Source: Polymyxa betae A26-41 (Eukaryota > Protista > Endomyxa: Phytomyxea). From it: a stretch of DNA of 64,000 nt. The stretch spans positions 1 through 64,000 of the forward strand of contig RBZT01000954.1 in NCBI GenBank assembly GCA_003693705.1, given 5' to 3'. The notes beneath the pieces were generated by a model. It worked only from the letters and a program-made list of their open reading frames with translations. It was not told the origin of the DNA and did no database searches. The translations under genes and the position numbers were made by a program. Positions 25,417 through 37,868 of this stretch are shown piece after piece (position 1 is the first letter of the stretch; each line of letters starts with the position of its first letter).

Positions 25417-27811
25417 AACAAGAGCTCAAACGATGGTTTTCTTTGTTTTCCGAGATTGCAGGGGAATCGATCTAAATATCCATGGTACGAACAGGCCATC
25501 GGCCTGTATGTTATTATCTCACTCCTCAACAACTCGAATCTGGTTCAAGACTGTTTCGAAATGGTCATATTCGATCATTACCAACCTCGACTATTTCATA
25601 TGATCAATCACCACAAAGTTCTGTGCTCGTACCTGTTGCAATAGTAATAACTTGTTCATATTATTCAATGGATGTTCAGTACCATATGTTATGTCTCGTG
25701 TCCATCAACATGGTTTAATATGAGATCTGCAGCTGTGCAATTTATTACATACTACAAACAGTCTTCCAGACGAAGAACGAGAAATACAACAAACCTTGAA
25801 GATCTTCTCTGAACTCATGATTTTACAACTCACGAGATGATGGACGTCTAGACAGATTCTGCCATTTACGAGCTGGATTTAATGGAACACAGATCTAAAT
25901 TAGACTGAATAAGATGACTAAGACCATCGTTCTTGTTATCATTCAGTACAGTTTCTGCTCCAAATCATTCTGGCGATTTAAGGGTGGAAGATAGCTGACA
26001 TTAGCCCTTAGCGCATTCCTTTCATCGATTTAAACGCTGTTCTTCAAGTTCAGCTTTAATACGATCATCAGCTTTGATGTAGTCGAAAATAGATGAAATC
26101 AGATTTGTCACTGATTGTACGAGAGTCTGGATCTGAACATCGATCATGGCGACCCCTTCACAACAAGTACTCAAAACTAATCTGATAAACACCAGCAGAA
26201 TGAATCTTTAGACAGATTCATGGACTTCCCTCGAAACCATTCGCGGGGAGACGGACTGGGCCAGCACCACCAACGAATGATGCCTGGTGATCAATGGATA
26301 ATGGATACAATATCAATTCCATAATAGAATTGTTGGAACAAAATCATCATCTACTTGATTCGAATACCTATTTAACGATAAATTTTTACAGTAGATTGTT
26401 AATGAGATAAAAGTCGATGATATTAATGATAGAAGCTGTCTAGATAAAGATCTGGAGCAGATTGCAATAGAGATCAAATCCTATTTGATATTAGAGCAGT
26501 TGGTTGGCAAATACACATGCAAGGAATTGCCATGTATGATAAACATATTGCCCGGAAAGAAGCAAGATAAAAAATATGTAACTTTATCCTTAGTGTCTTA
26601 TTGATTTAAAAACAAATTCAGAGAGACTTTGTAGGTAGTGAAAATGAAACTACAATGAACTTGGCCAGATTGAAGCATCAAACACCACCAGCGATATCAC
26701 AATGACATCGCAAAGTATAATGACAAGAAAATTGCTGCCTCTCGGTTTTCATGAGATAACATAACTGCCATATTGTTAGCATGAAGTGGTAGATTCTGAA
26801 AGCGACGAGGTTTTAAATAAAACATGTCAGGTTAGTGTCTTAGATAAAGTACGGTGTCGGTTAAGAAGTCGAACTCCAAAGCCATACAGATTACAGACAT
26901 GATCGATGTCTACAATGTTGATGATCATCTCATTTCATACGATAGGAACCGATATCAATATATTGTAAGAGATCAGCGATGCTGACGACCTGCAGGAATT
27001 CACAAAGAATCGCTTCTGCAATTATTGATCGAAGATTGCTGCCTGAAGCTCTTAAGGTTGAACATCGACCATGTTTTCCAGATGGAATGATGGACCAACA
27101 CTCGCCTGAGAACAGCGTGGCCTGACTTTTGGAAACAAGGAATGATGGCTGTATAGAAGCCAATATCAATTAGTATGATGGAAGGAGTTAGTATAGACAG
27201 AATGTTATATCCACTACAGAACAGTATGTAATAATAATGTTACTTCCTTCCTATCAGCATGTTGCCTATATTTATGTGGCGCAACCTTCCTTATCATTCA
27301 GCAAATGCAATTAATACGTCTTTAACGAGACATCTTCTAGTCTGGTTCTGTAGATTCAGCTAAAAGCTTCATCCCTCCGGCTGGTTCTATTACGAACAAT
27401 ACGAAGTCGCTGCTAATATTGTACTCAGGGGGAAATGCTGGATGCTAGCATTATCCAAAAATCCAGCTACGATGCCGCTGTACTTCTGTCTGAATGTTTA
27501 GCAAGATCGAGACCTAGTTGACCGAGATTCGATCGAGATTTGTGCTAGCGGTTGAGGTTCCTCCTATTGATCAGTCCTAATCTCATCATGCATCAAAGGA
27601 GCATTTATGACAGAGATCCTCTGCAGCATGAGATCCGAGTACACAAGTTGACCAATAATCATGTTGATAGAAAATGCGATCGATCATTTGAAAATATCTG
27701 TCATAATTCAGATCAGGCGTTGCATCTGGTACACTTCGGAAATCAAGTAGGATCCACGAGGTAAACTTCATATCCAATATCTCGCTTTAGATATACACCA
27801 AATCAAGCAAA

Positions 27812-29492
27812 ATGGATTCCCAATGGAACATAACCAGCATCGACAACATAACCGATTCGAGTGAATCTCATGAGGCGGCATTACCTCTTGAAACCGCTCT
27901 ACAGCTACACAGTTCATTACAGGCTATCTTGATAGCAACAGTGTTAATTGGTGTCACATCAATGATCTATCTACATAGTAATCGGCGTGTTCGTAAACGT
28001 ATATATGGTCCATTAGCATCTGGTACAAGTAATCAGATGATGTTTATGGTTGATGTTGGACTTGTCATTACTGCTCTGTTTCAATTCTGTGCTATTGTAT
28101 TCCATGAAGTACCATGTGCTGTACATAGTGCTCTAAGTACATGTTATATTCCAATCTCTGGCATTGTATTTCTACTTCGAGCGTGGGTTCTGGCCGTACA
28201 GTTTGCTCGAGTACATGAACAATTACGTTGGGTGAAATTGTACCAGATGCCGGCTAAACAACGTGCTGAATTTGAGAACCAGCCTCTATCATTATCTACA
28301 CGTATTGATATCTGGATCACATCACACCCGGCCTTTCTGGACCCACACCTGCTAATCCCCATCAGTGTAATATTTAGTATTATGATGTGGATTCCATCTA
28401 TTCTTATTGATGTTCACAATCAATGTGATCATGAATTAACAAATCGATGGAACGATCTTAATGTATTCATATTTCTAGCTCTAGCATTGCTATTAGCTAC
28501 GAAAGTACGTGGAAAGATTGATACAATTGGTATCCGTAAAGAGCTGCAGATTGTGACCGCTACCTTCGTTATAATGCAGATATTCCTGGTATCACTTCAC
28601 CCTGTTGAGGATTCGATTATCTGGAATCACGACCAAGATGTTGATGCTCTCGAGGAGCAGTACGGCGTCGAGATGGTCTTCTCCTTTTGGTATGAACACA
28701 CAATCAAGTCCATCCACATTTTCCTACTGATCATACTGGTCGCTGTACGGCCAGTATTGGGAATATTGATGCATAAGGATAGATTCTCTTCCAGTAGGAC
28801 AGTTCAGCAGAGATTACAGGAGGTGAGTTCATGAAAAGTTCACTCTGTGTCTCTCGTGTGTTTTGTGTTATTAGCTATCGAGGTTCATATCGTCTCTTTT
28901 ATGTTTTGTGTTCTATCAATAATACTTGTTGGCTGAATGCAAGTCCAGATTCTGAACGACCGTCAACGAAAGGAGGAATTCCGAGATTTCTTGCAACGCG
29001 AGTTCAGCATGGGTTAGTAATCTCATTAATGTTTGACGGTATACTAATGTCTATATAGAAAATCTCACATTTTATGACATGATTGCATCTGTATTTTTAG
29101 AATCACGAACTCTATCAGCATCTAATACGGAATCTGTATGGGATTTACAACGTACTTTAATAGATATCTATCATGATTTTGTTGTTGAATCTGGCAGATT
29201 TCAAGTCAATCTGCCTAATGATGACCGACAATACATCGAGAAAGCCATATCCGAGTTAAAAGCAGCTAATGGAGCGTCATCAAATCAGCTGATCTCTTTG
29301 ATCAAGGCCAGTATAGGAACGTACAGCCAAGCTCAGAATACAATCTTCAATCTGATGGCTACAGATTCTTTACCAAGATTCTTACGTGAACGTGATGAAG
29401 ATAACACCACACTGAGATCTTACAACACAGTTGTTAAATCTGGTTTATCAACTAATTTGACAGCTACTTCTAAGAGAGTAACTAACACTTAA
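27812..29492 (+). CDS. 7-transmembrane RGS protein (7TM-RGS), copy B, 3 exons
   Basis: Paralog of copy A (RAWVLAVQFARVHEQLRW vs RTWVLMVQFARVSEQTRW); RGS domain ILNDRQRKEEFRDFLQREFSM|ENLTFY...FQVNLP...IFNLMATDSLPRFL; introns at equivalent positions. Confidence 0.88.
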
Positions 29493-29566
29493 TCTAAGCA
29501 GTATTGTAAGAGAGTAATACCTAATCTAAGCAGTATTGTAAGAGAGTAATACCTAATCTCAGCAAT
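29490..29566 (+). repeat. 32-bp tandem duplication (2 exact copies plus a partial)
   Basis: TAATCTAAGCAGTATTGTAAGAGAGTAATACC twice, then TAATCTCAGCAAT; starts at the stop codon of 7TM-RGS copy B. Confidence 0.9.
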
Positions 29567-29822
29567 ACTTATCTAAAATCTCACAAAACTGCCTTTCTTG
29601 CATATCGTCTCATTGTAAACCACCCAGAATTATATCGTTGTAGATCAATACGAAGTAATCAATCGAGTTTTTAGTAGGATGGGTTCTATCAATCCTGACA
29701 TGGACTAATCAGCAATCAAGTGGATCTGGTCGAACTAGCCCTGTCCTGGCTTTATCGCTCCATTTCGCAATTCCAAATCTAATACTGTAATATTCAGCTA
29801 GTATCAATATAATCCAGCAATC

Positions 29823-30755
29823 ATGCAGCGATTTATATACCCAGTTTTAATGATGGCTGCCGTCGTGCTGACTCTAGCCGCCATGCCTGCTGACCCGAAT
29901 TTCGACAATATGACGGATGAGGAGATTATCAAGAATCTGAGTGAAATTACTGATATTGAGAAACTAGATTATATCAGTGAATCATCGGAACGAATGTCTA
30001 ATCTTTGTAAGCTCGCTCAACCATTACGTTTATTTCATCCAACAACACCTGATTGGCTCTTGTACGATCTCGTTAATAATGTCGCTGCCGATCTACCTGC
30101 ATACTCCCACATCATTACCAATAATATTCAAGACAATGATGTAGTCCAGTTCTGCCTTCGATTGATGGTCTACAACTTCCTCTCTAATCAATATTCCAAT
30201 AAGATGGAAATGCTGAGAAAGTTGAAGGACATCTATCCAGATATAACATTGTTAATGATCAAGTACTTTGAAGATATAGCATCTGAGACTAATGATGACA
30301 ACACTCTCTGGAAAATGGAATGGCAAATCGATCTGCTGATTAAGTTGGAATGGTACAATGTCCAGATACTTCATCACATTCAACAAGTTCGTCAATCAGC
30401 AGAACCATTACGACAATGTCGCCTTCTATTCGGTGATGATATACGAGATGATCAACTGATTCAGCTGCTGGAATCTGTACATAACAACTGCAAACAACCA
30501 GCATATGCGACCGTACTGGACCAGGACATTACCGATTCGGATGCTATTAAGCTCTGCTTCCGATTATTGGATAGATGCTCGTATGGAAATGTGAAGGAGA
30601 AATCACTGCAATATTTGAGTGAGATATATCCTTCTATACGCAGCCTGATGTTCATGAAATTAGACAATATGGAAGTTGATGATAACACTGAATCTATGCA
30701 ATGGAAGGTAGAAGCATATCGTCAGTGTTTAGACAAACAAGGCTGGTCTCAATAA
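29823..30755 (+). CDS. Putative secreted protein: signal peptide, F-box-like motif and two tandem ~110-aa helical repeats
   Basis: Intronless 310-aa ORF; MQRFIYPVLMMAAVVLTLAA signal-like N-terminus; internal duplication PLR...PAY...D.D....C.RL...L..IYP.I..LM...DDNT...W. Confidence 0.8.
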   Translation: MQRFIYPVLMMAAVVLTLAAMPADPNFDNMTDEEIIKNLSEITDIEKLDYISESSERMSNLCKLAQPLRLFHPTTPDWLLYDLVNNVAADLPAYSHIITNNIQDNDVVQFCLRLMVYNFLSNQYSNKMEMLRKLKDIYPDITLLMIKYFEDIASETNDDNTLWKMEWQIDLLIKLEWYNVQILHHIQQVRQSAEPLRQCRLLFGDDIRDDQLIQLLESVHNNCKQPAYATVLDQDITDSDAIKLCFRLLDRCSYGNVKEKSLQYLSEIYPSIRSLMFMKLDNMEVDDNTESMQWKVEAYRQCLDKQGWSQ

Positions 30756-31184
30756 ACATCCATCTCACCTCTCTGGCTCATTTGCTATCACAATCACCAA
30801 TTTCGCAAACTTCCATGAATGACAAACGATATTGACAAATGCTATGGTACTCAGGGACTTAATAACTTGGAATAGAAATATACTAACTAGGAAGAAGGAA
30901 CATAATACGACCAAATCCCCAGTTTGTGATCTCATCGATAATTGCACTATTGATCGAAATTGATAGAAGGGGGATTCATCAGCCCTGATTATACAATAAA
31001 TGTATAATTGATTTCATTCTAAAAGAGTATTACCTAAACGATCCGTCGAACTCATGCAACAATTCCAATCCAATGTTGATTATTATAGTATTTGCTCAGA
31101 ACTGTGTTATTGTGGCCTTATCTGCAATACGAACCAGAACAATCCATGATATATTTGCAGGCTTATCTATAGAAAAGTCGATAT

Positions 31185-33540
31185 TTATTGAATAATTTCT
31201 AATGCTTGTTGTCTAGGAAGACTAAGCCATTGATCGAGTAATATATTATTATAACGTTGTTCTCTAAACCTGGATAGATGTGCCTGTGTATTCTGTGTTG
31301 GAAATATTCGTACAAGATGACCACGTCTTTGATCCTATTAATACACATAATCAGTATATTGATTATCATATTGCATAGAGATCTCACCTCGGCCTCAAAT
31401 TCTCTCAGAATTTCTATATCATGTTCTGATACGGTTGATTTTGTTAATGGTGATGGTGGCCTGGAGCTATTCACAATCTGTTCCGGCTTTCCAAGCCCGA
31501 TCACACGTTTTAACCTAAATGATCATTGACAATCGTATTATGCGATATAGTTACAAGAACTGAAATGGCAAATATGAATCAAACAATGTTAAATAGTGAT
31601 ATAAATGAGACAAATCTGTATAAAGAAATGGTACCTGCGAGTTTGTGTTCTTCTTATAGTTCGTAGATCATTCTCAATAGCTGGAATCCCAATAATATGA
31701 AATACATCTGTCATTAACTTGGTCTTAATGAATTTATCTAATGCAGATGGTGTTCCTAATGATGGCTGTGAATTAACTTCTAATAGCCATGGATGTAGAT
31801 CAGCATCTAATAATATATCAAACCCTAATACTTCAAAGCATGCCTTCCTACATATCCAATATTAGGTTACATACAAGTCATGATATGTAACGATATACCT
31901 TGGACATCGATATGTCTGCATTTTGTCGAACATAATATGTTCAACTGCTATAATAGATCTAATAGCAATATCATGTATTCTATCACGTACTAGATCAACA
32001 GTCTCTATGTTATGTTGCTTTCCGAGATGGGCCAGTAGGGCCTTATAGCTCCATTTCGAGCCAATATCACCGGTCGCCCCGGACTTCACGAAATTCTTCG
32101 AGTGGCGATTCACAGCGAAATTCGTGAGATGGACGCCTGCGATTGAAGCAGGGTTAGGATTTTAGGGTTTCATTACAGTCTAGTACTGACATTTCTCTTT
32201 AAACGTGGCCCGCTCTAATGAGTATCTAAACATAAGCGATGTTCAGTCGACTGTATGGCATCTGCCATTTGGGTAATGACGCACCTCTGTGTCGCGAACC
32301 GTACCAGCCCATCATCCAGGGTATAGATACGGAGTGGATCCAGGCAGGTAATGACAAAATATAGACGGACATCAAATTTATGGTGATTGATGAGATAAGG
32401 CCGATCAATATATCGACTTAATACAGATTTACATCGGGCTCCAAGTTGACTATAACGATCTATTAGACGTATACCCCTGTAACATCACCATCAGGGGTCA
32501 GTACGTCCCGAAGACCATGCTATCTCAATACCTGCCACATGATGATGCATATGGTTTTTGAATCCAGATTGTATCTATGGCCGTACCAGCCGCTGTTTGA
32601 AATGCGATGCGATCTTCTGGTAAGACGAATGTCTCCGGTATAAAATCGGAACATTGTTGACGAAGATTCTGAGCTAACTTATCTTTACGACTTAATGCCT
32701 GTGATCCTGTATCATAAGATATTAGGTTCAATCGTTACAGATATTCAGTTACTAACACGTTACTGACCTGGGAAATGATTCACCTTCTGAACAGATGTTA
32801 AAAGTTCCCATTTATCTGGAGGTAATGTCTTCCCCCAATATAAATTACATCTTGCTGTACTTCGAGTAGGCTTTAATCCAGCAGATAGAGCAACACGTGA
32901 TAGAACCTAACAATAGGGTTAGGGTTAGGGTTTTATGGGGTGCCCACGCACTTACCTGGTAATCGGGGACTTGATCCTGCTGGATCTTAAATCTGACCAC
33001 ATGTTTGACAATCGGGGCGGTACGACCTGCCCGCTTTAAGTTCATGTACGTCGGGTATGGAAACGAGATCGTCGCCGACTGGAACGGGGCCAGTACGGCC
33101 CGCGGGCCGGTTGGGGAGGCAGACATGGCGCGCAGTACGGGCTCAGATACCGATCTGGAGAGTATAACATATTCAGGACTTTCATCGGAGTCCGAGAAAT
33201 CCGAGACACTTGTTTCTGTATCGGAGTTATGATGATGCCCCTCTCTATCAATATTCTCTTGAGTACATCGTACTGCATAATCCGAACTCATAATACGGAC
33301 TCCGTAACCATTAGGTGAACTTGTACAATGACCCAAATCATCATATGTTGGAGATCTATTAATATGTGATGTACGTGATGTTCCTGTAACAGTCGAATGC
33401 CGGGTCCGTGCTCGTCTCAGACCAGTACGACGTCTCGGTCGTCGTACAGGAGATCCCCGTCTGTTATTATGTGTTATATTAGGACGTATACGTCGTCCAT
33501 ATATCTCAGCAGCCTCTAATGCTGCCTCACAATATATCAT
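31185..33540 (-). CDS. Tubulin-tyrosine-ligase-like polyglutamylase (TTLL4/5-like), multi-exon
   Basis: KVNHFPG, LSRKDKL, FIPETFVLP, WIQKPYASSCGR, HLTNFAVN, SKWSYKAL, FEVLGFDILLD...PWLLEVN.QPSL, RRGHLVRIFP...RYNNILL..W. Confidence 0.9.
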
Positions 33541-33801
33541 ATCCTATTATACCGACATTCAACTAACAATTTAATGGTCAGCAAGGCGTACCCGACCGCC
33601 ATCTATGTAACATTGTCTATGATGATGGGAAGCCTTCTCCAGTACTTTCATAATATTAAGATCGATCAGTACTCGCCATATTCATAGAAAGTGGAAGTTC
33701 TCACGAGTACGGTGAAACAGAAACTGGAGAATGAATTCTGTAACAGAACAATTTAATAACTGTGTAGAGAGAGATGTTTATTGGATTTCGCTGGTAAAAG
33801 G

Positions 33802-35097
33802 TCAGCATGGATATTGTGTGATGACCTTTGATTGTTCAAACATGAGAGGTGGTTCTGCAAAATATGCCTTAATACCTAATAGAGGTATATAAGTATTGAA
33901 TAGAAAATCTACTGGTAGAAATGTATCTGTAATAGCACTAAGTCCCAGTACTTTTGTAGCAACACTGCGTCGTAACATTACACCATTGAAACATCTGGTA
34001 GTATTTGCTTCATATAAATTAGCTGTTACTTGGATTTCACTGCTAATCTGAAAACATGTCCCCAGGAATACCATCTGTTACATTCGTTTAGTTTCCAATG
34101 TCACTGAAATTACACCAAATCTTTGTGATTGCATTTTAGTATTAGAAATGTCCGAAAAAGAAAAAGTTGAATCAAGAAACAAACGTTCTGGTGTTTTTGA
34201 TATAAAAAATAAACAGAAGAACATCAAAAAATAGAGGTGAGAGCAGAGATCGCATAAACCCTCGACATCATTCCTCACCTCCCAATCTGGTATAGTTTGT
34301 AGCTGTGTTCTGATAGAATTTAATTTCCTCTGAAAGTCTGGTACGGTCATAACATCATCTTCAACAACAATAATTTCATCTGGATAAACGGCATTGTTGA
34401 GATTCTCAAATATCATCCATTGATTAAGTGTGGATAATAGATATCCTGCCTGCTTAGTATTTGGTGGAAATCTGGCTGTAAATTCATCCCATGTCATATC
34501 AACAGCAGAACGAAATAATTTCTCTGATAGATAATGTCGATTATCATATGCTGTCTTAATATCACGATATGATACATAATCAACTTGTGATCCAGCAGAT
34601 ATACGATCCATTAATTGCCGTCCTTGATCCAATCGATTTCCATATGCTAATACAAGCATGATGGGGTCGAGGGGGTGCTGGCCCCCCTCATAATATCGGA
34701 ATCTATTAACGGTCTCATGCAGGGAGAATCTATTCCACATCTCATTTCCGAATTGGATAACTCCATGTTTAATATCAGGCTGCGCGGACATGGCCGAGAC
34801 TGCATCACGGATCAGATTGTTGGAGATATTACGTCCACAGCATTGATAATAATGTTTCTGTAATTGATCTACAGTACGATCTGTATGGAAGATAGCACGG
34901 TGTAATGTTGTCTCACGATCACGTTCAAGTTGTCCAATCAAATGTCGCTGTATAGTCTCATGACTAAATATCAGTACTATACCACAGATTGTAACGATAA
35001 TTATGAACACAGTAAACGTTACAGTAGGTAGTCTCCATGAACGAGATGATGATGTCATGATAGGTCCGATCGACATTATGTTCTGATCGTTCGACAT
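33802..35097 (-). CDS. Type II membrane glycosyltransferase, GT25-like, 2 exons
   Basis: N-terminal TM; IIVVEDDV; WE|MVFLGTC; TRCFNGVMLRRSVATKVL; LPVDFLF; AYFAEPPL..Q; intron about 34075-34277. Confidence 0.7.
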
Positions 35098-35289
35098 CGC
35101 AACAATACAGCGGATGACGTCCTGCGTGTGTCATCACTGAGTAAAACCCTAAACCCTCAGCAAATGACATGAAAACAAACCAAACCCCTTTTTAAAATAT
35201 CAAATTGAAATCTTGCATGACTTAGAATTTTTTTTTGAAAAATGTAACGATTATTTCGGGAAAATAAAGCGAAAATTTCAACGAACCTG

Positions 35290-35820
35290 ACGGGTACAGG
35301 GTTATCGATCCTTGCCTGTCGAGGGTGGACGTGGACCAGTATTCCCCCCCAGCTTGCGCCAATGCAGGTCGTGACGTGCTGCTGCGTGCTGGATCCTGGA
35401 CGACCGTCTCGGAGTCCGCCAGATGGAACTGTGCGGAGATGGGGAGATGCCGAGTTGGTGGTGGGCCGTACCGCCCCGCCCGCATTATCCCGTACTTGGC
35501 TTGGACCTGATATTCAGCATAAATTCGGTCCATTTGATCATGTATTTGATGATACATGTTGTCAACAACATATCTATCATGAATCATTACATAATCTATC
35601 ACATCGCGTATTTCAGGTTATCAATAATACCTGTTCAACAATTAACATATTTCACATAATCGCTCTTTTTAATAACAAGAAAACGCATTTCTACTTGGTC
35701 GCTGAATTCGTACAGTCCCGATGGCTGACTTTTGGAATATTGTGCTTAGGGTGGGAATATTGGTGTATTGTGTGTTGGTGAATGTGTTACGAATAAGAGA
35801 AAGGTGATATTGGGACATGG
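35290..35820 (-). CDS. Possible small hypothetical gene, structure unresolved
   Basis: ORF 35222-35602 with a GC-rich part and a splice donor near 35287; the reading frame across exons is ambiguous. Confidence 0.25.
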
Positions 35821-36289
35821 TGCTGGTCTAAGACGTGGTCTTATACCAAGATTTATACAGGATCTATTTCAATGTATGTAAGGATATGTGAAGAGAGTCT
35901 TTAATGTCTGTATGTATGACTAATAATATCATAGATATGGATAGTGAAATAGATAGACAATATCATATACATGCAAGTATGATACAGATATATAATCAAT
36001 CATTAACTGATATTATTAATCCACATAATACTACACGATTAGCTATTGTAGATGATCAACAAGGTAACAATACTAATTAATACCCAATATGCACTCCAAT
36101 ATCTCCTCTCTATATTTCTATGCTATCTAATGAGGCTATAATTTATATGGGATATCCCCTGCATTACGTGTTTATTATTCGTCATAGAGGGAACATACGT
36201 ACGTGGACTAACAAGAATACAAATACATAATATGACAGATCTGTATCAATTCACGGAACAATTCCGCGTGGGCCAGCATCACTCCGCGA

Positions 36290-37659
36290 ATGGAGATCTC
36301 CTGCCAGATCCATCCCATTATATTCTACAATTCTACATCTATCAGCAGGAGTAACGTGATCGTACTGGTCCCCATGTCATTGAACGATGTGCAGTGTGCG
36401 TATATCGACGGTATCTTTCGTACTGGCTGCTGATAGTGCAGCTGTATTCCATGCTCGATCATGGTTAGGTGCAGAGGAGGGGGCCAGCACCACCAGCACC
36501 AGCACCACCACCACCTCCTGTTTAAATCGAGATGCAGCACGGGATATAGCTGCTGTATCCCGTGCTATTCATGATCTGCAGCTGACACGTTACTATGTAT
36601 CACATAGATCTGCTAAATTAGCACATCTACTGAAACCCGTGTATGTAACCCCCCGCACGGTCGTACTGGCCACCCCCTGGGGGTTATGGGGCGGCTTCTC
36701 CTCCCCAGGGTGTATCGGAATTCGTGACTAATACCAGCTCTCAGGCTATCTTCGAACGGGACCATGTTCGTGATTGGGGCCGTACGATCGCGAGGTCCGC
36801 CTCACAGTATGGCTCAAACATTGGCTATGCTTAAGTTCATGACGAACATATCATGTCCGGATGTGGACGGACTCCGTGATCGCAGACGGGTTCATCGTAA
36901 CAGAATATCTCGAAAGATGTTATCACGTCCTCATACACAGGAATGTAACAGTTGCTCTATGTGTAACAATATCACACAAGACAATCTGCAACATCAATAC
37001 TGTTATCCAAATCATATAACCAAGCCCCATCTGTCAAAACAGGTCACATTTGCGAATGCTCGTGATCACGTTACACAGGTAAATTGAATGTGTTGCACTT
37101 GATATCGTTACATATGTGTATGTTTAGAATCTCGATAATAATAATAATAATAATAATGTCCATATAAAACATTCTGGTGACAATATTGCGAGAATGTATG
37201 ATGGAAGTTCATCAATGAACAAGTTGAAGGTTTATGATACCCAGCTACTACATGATTCATTCACGTTACTGAATAATGTTACAGGAGACAAAGATGGCTA
37301 TGCTACAGGCTGAGTTAGATGCGTTCCAGCTCTCTATGGAGAATGCTGCACGTATTTCATCGTTACCTGATACAGATCGCAGATCCGTCGAGGGCCGTAC
37401 TCGCCCGCATCTCACATCACTACGATGTTCACATGATAGATCTATTAATGATCTGTTACATAAGACCACAAGAGGCACAGAGAATTGTCATGATACTCAT
37501 AATATGATAGATAGAGATATCAGTAATGATGAGACATTCCTCACTATGAAACAACGTATTGACAGATTAAGATCGAAATTAAAAGAAACGTATGATGGAC
37601 TTGATCATCTCGATCATAAAATGTCCAATATTACACTTAAAAATGTAAATGATACATAA
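36290..37659 (+). CDS. Hypothetical multi-exon protein with a C-terminal coiled coil
   Basis: Chained ORFs 36387-36731, 36764-37087 and 37276-37659 with GT-AG boundaries; no family recognised. Confidence 0.4.
37135..37157 (+). repeat. (AAT)n microsatellite
   Basis: About 7 tandem AAT units. Confidence 0.85.
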
Positions 37660-37868
37660 ACTTGATGTATGACGAAAATGTAATCAATGAAGAATCTGTA
37701 TCAGAAGTTGACACGATCGAATAAAAAATTGAAAACTTATTGTAGATGAGTGAGTCATGAAAATATTTATTGAGTCAACATGATGGTAAAACTGTGAACT
37801 AATCCTCATCTGTCCTGACCAACATCAAACTTTGTTTTCAATTAAGTTAACCTTGTGAGTTATTTATT

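Noticed and set aside
25590-27700. Shared upstream motif TATTT(T)CA.ATGATC.ATC before both 7TM-RGS genes
   Set aside because: Short, AT-rich and at different distances from the ATGs; not distinguishable from chance by eye.
29490-29566. 32-bp direct repeats as a CRISPR array
   Set aside because: The copies are directly adjacent with no spacers, there are no cas genes and the context is eukaryotic.
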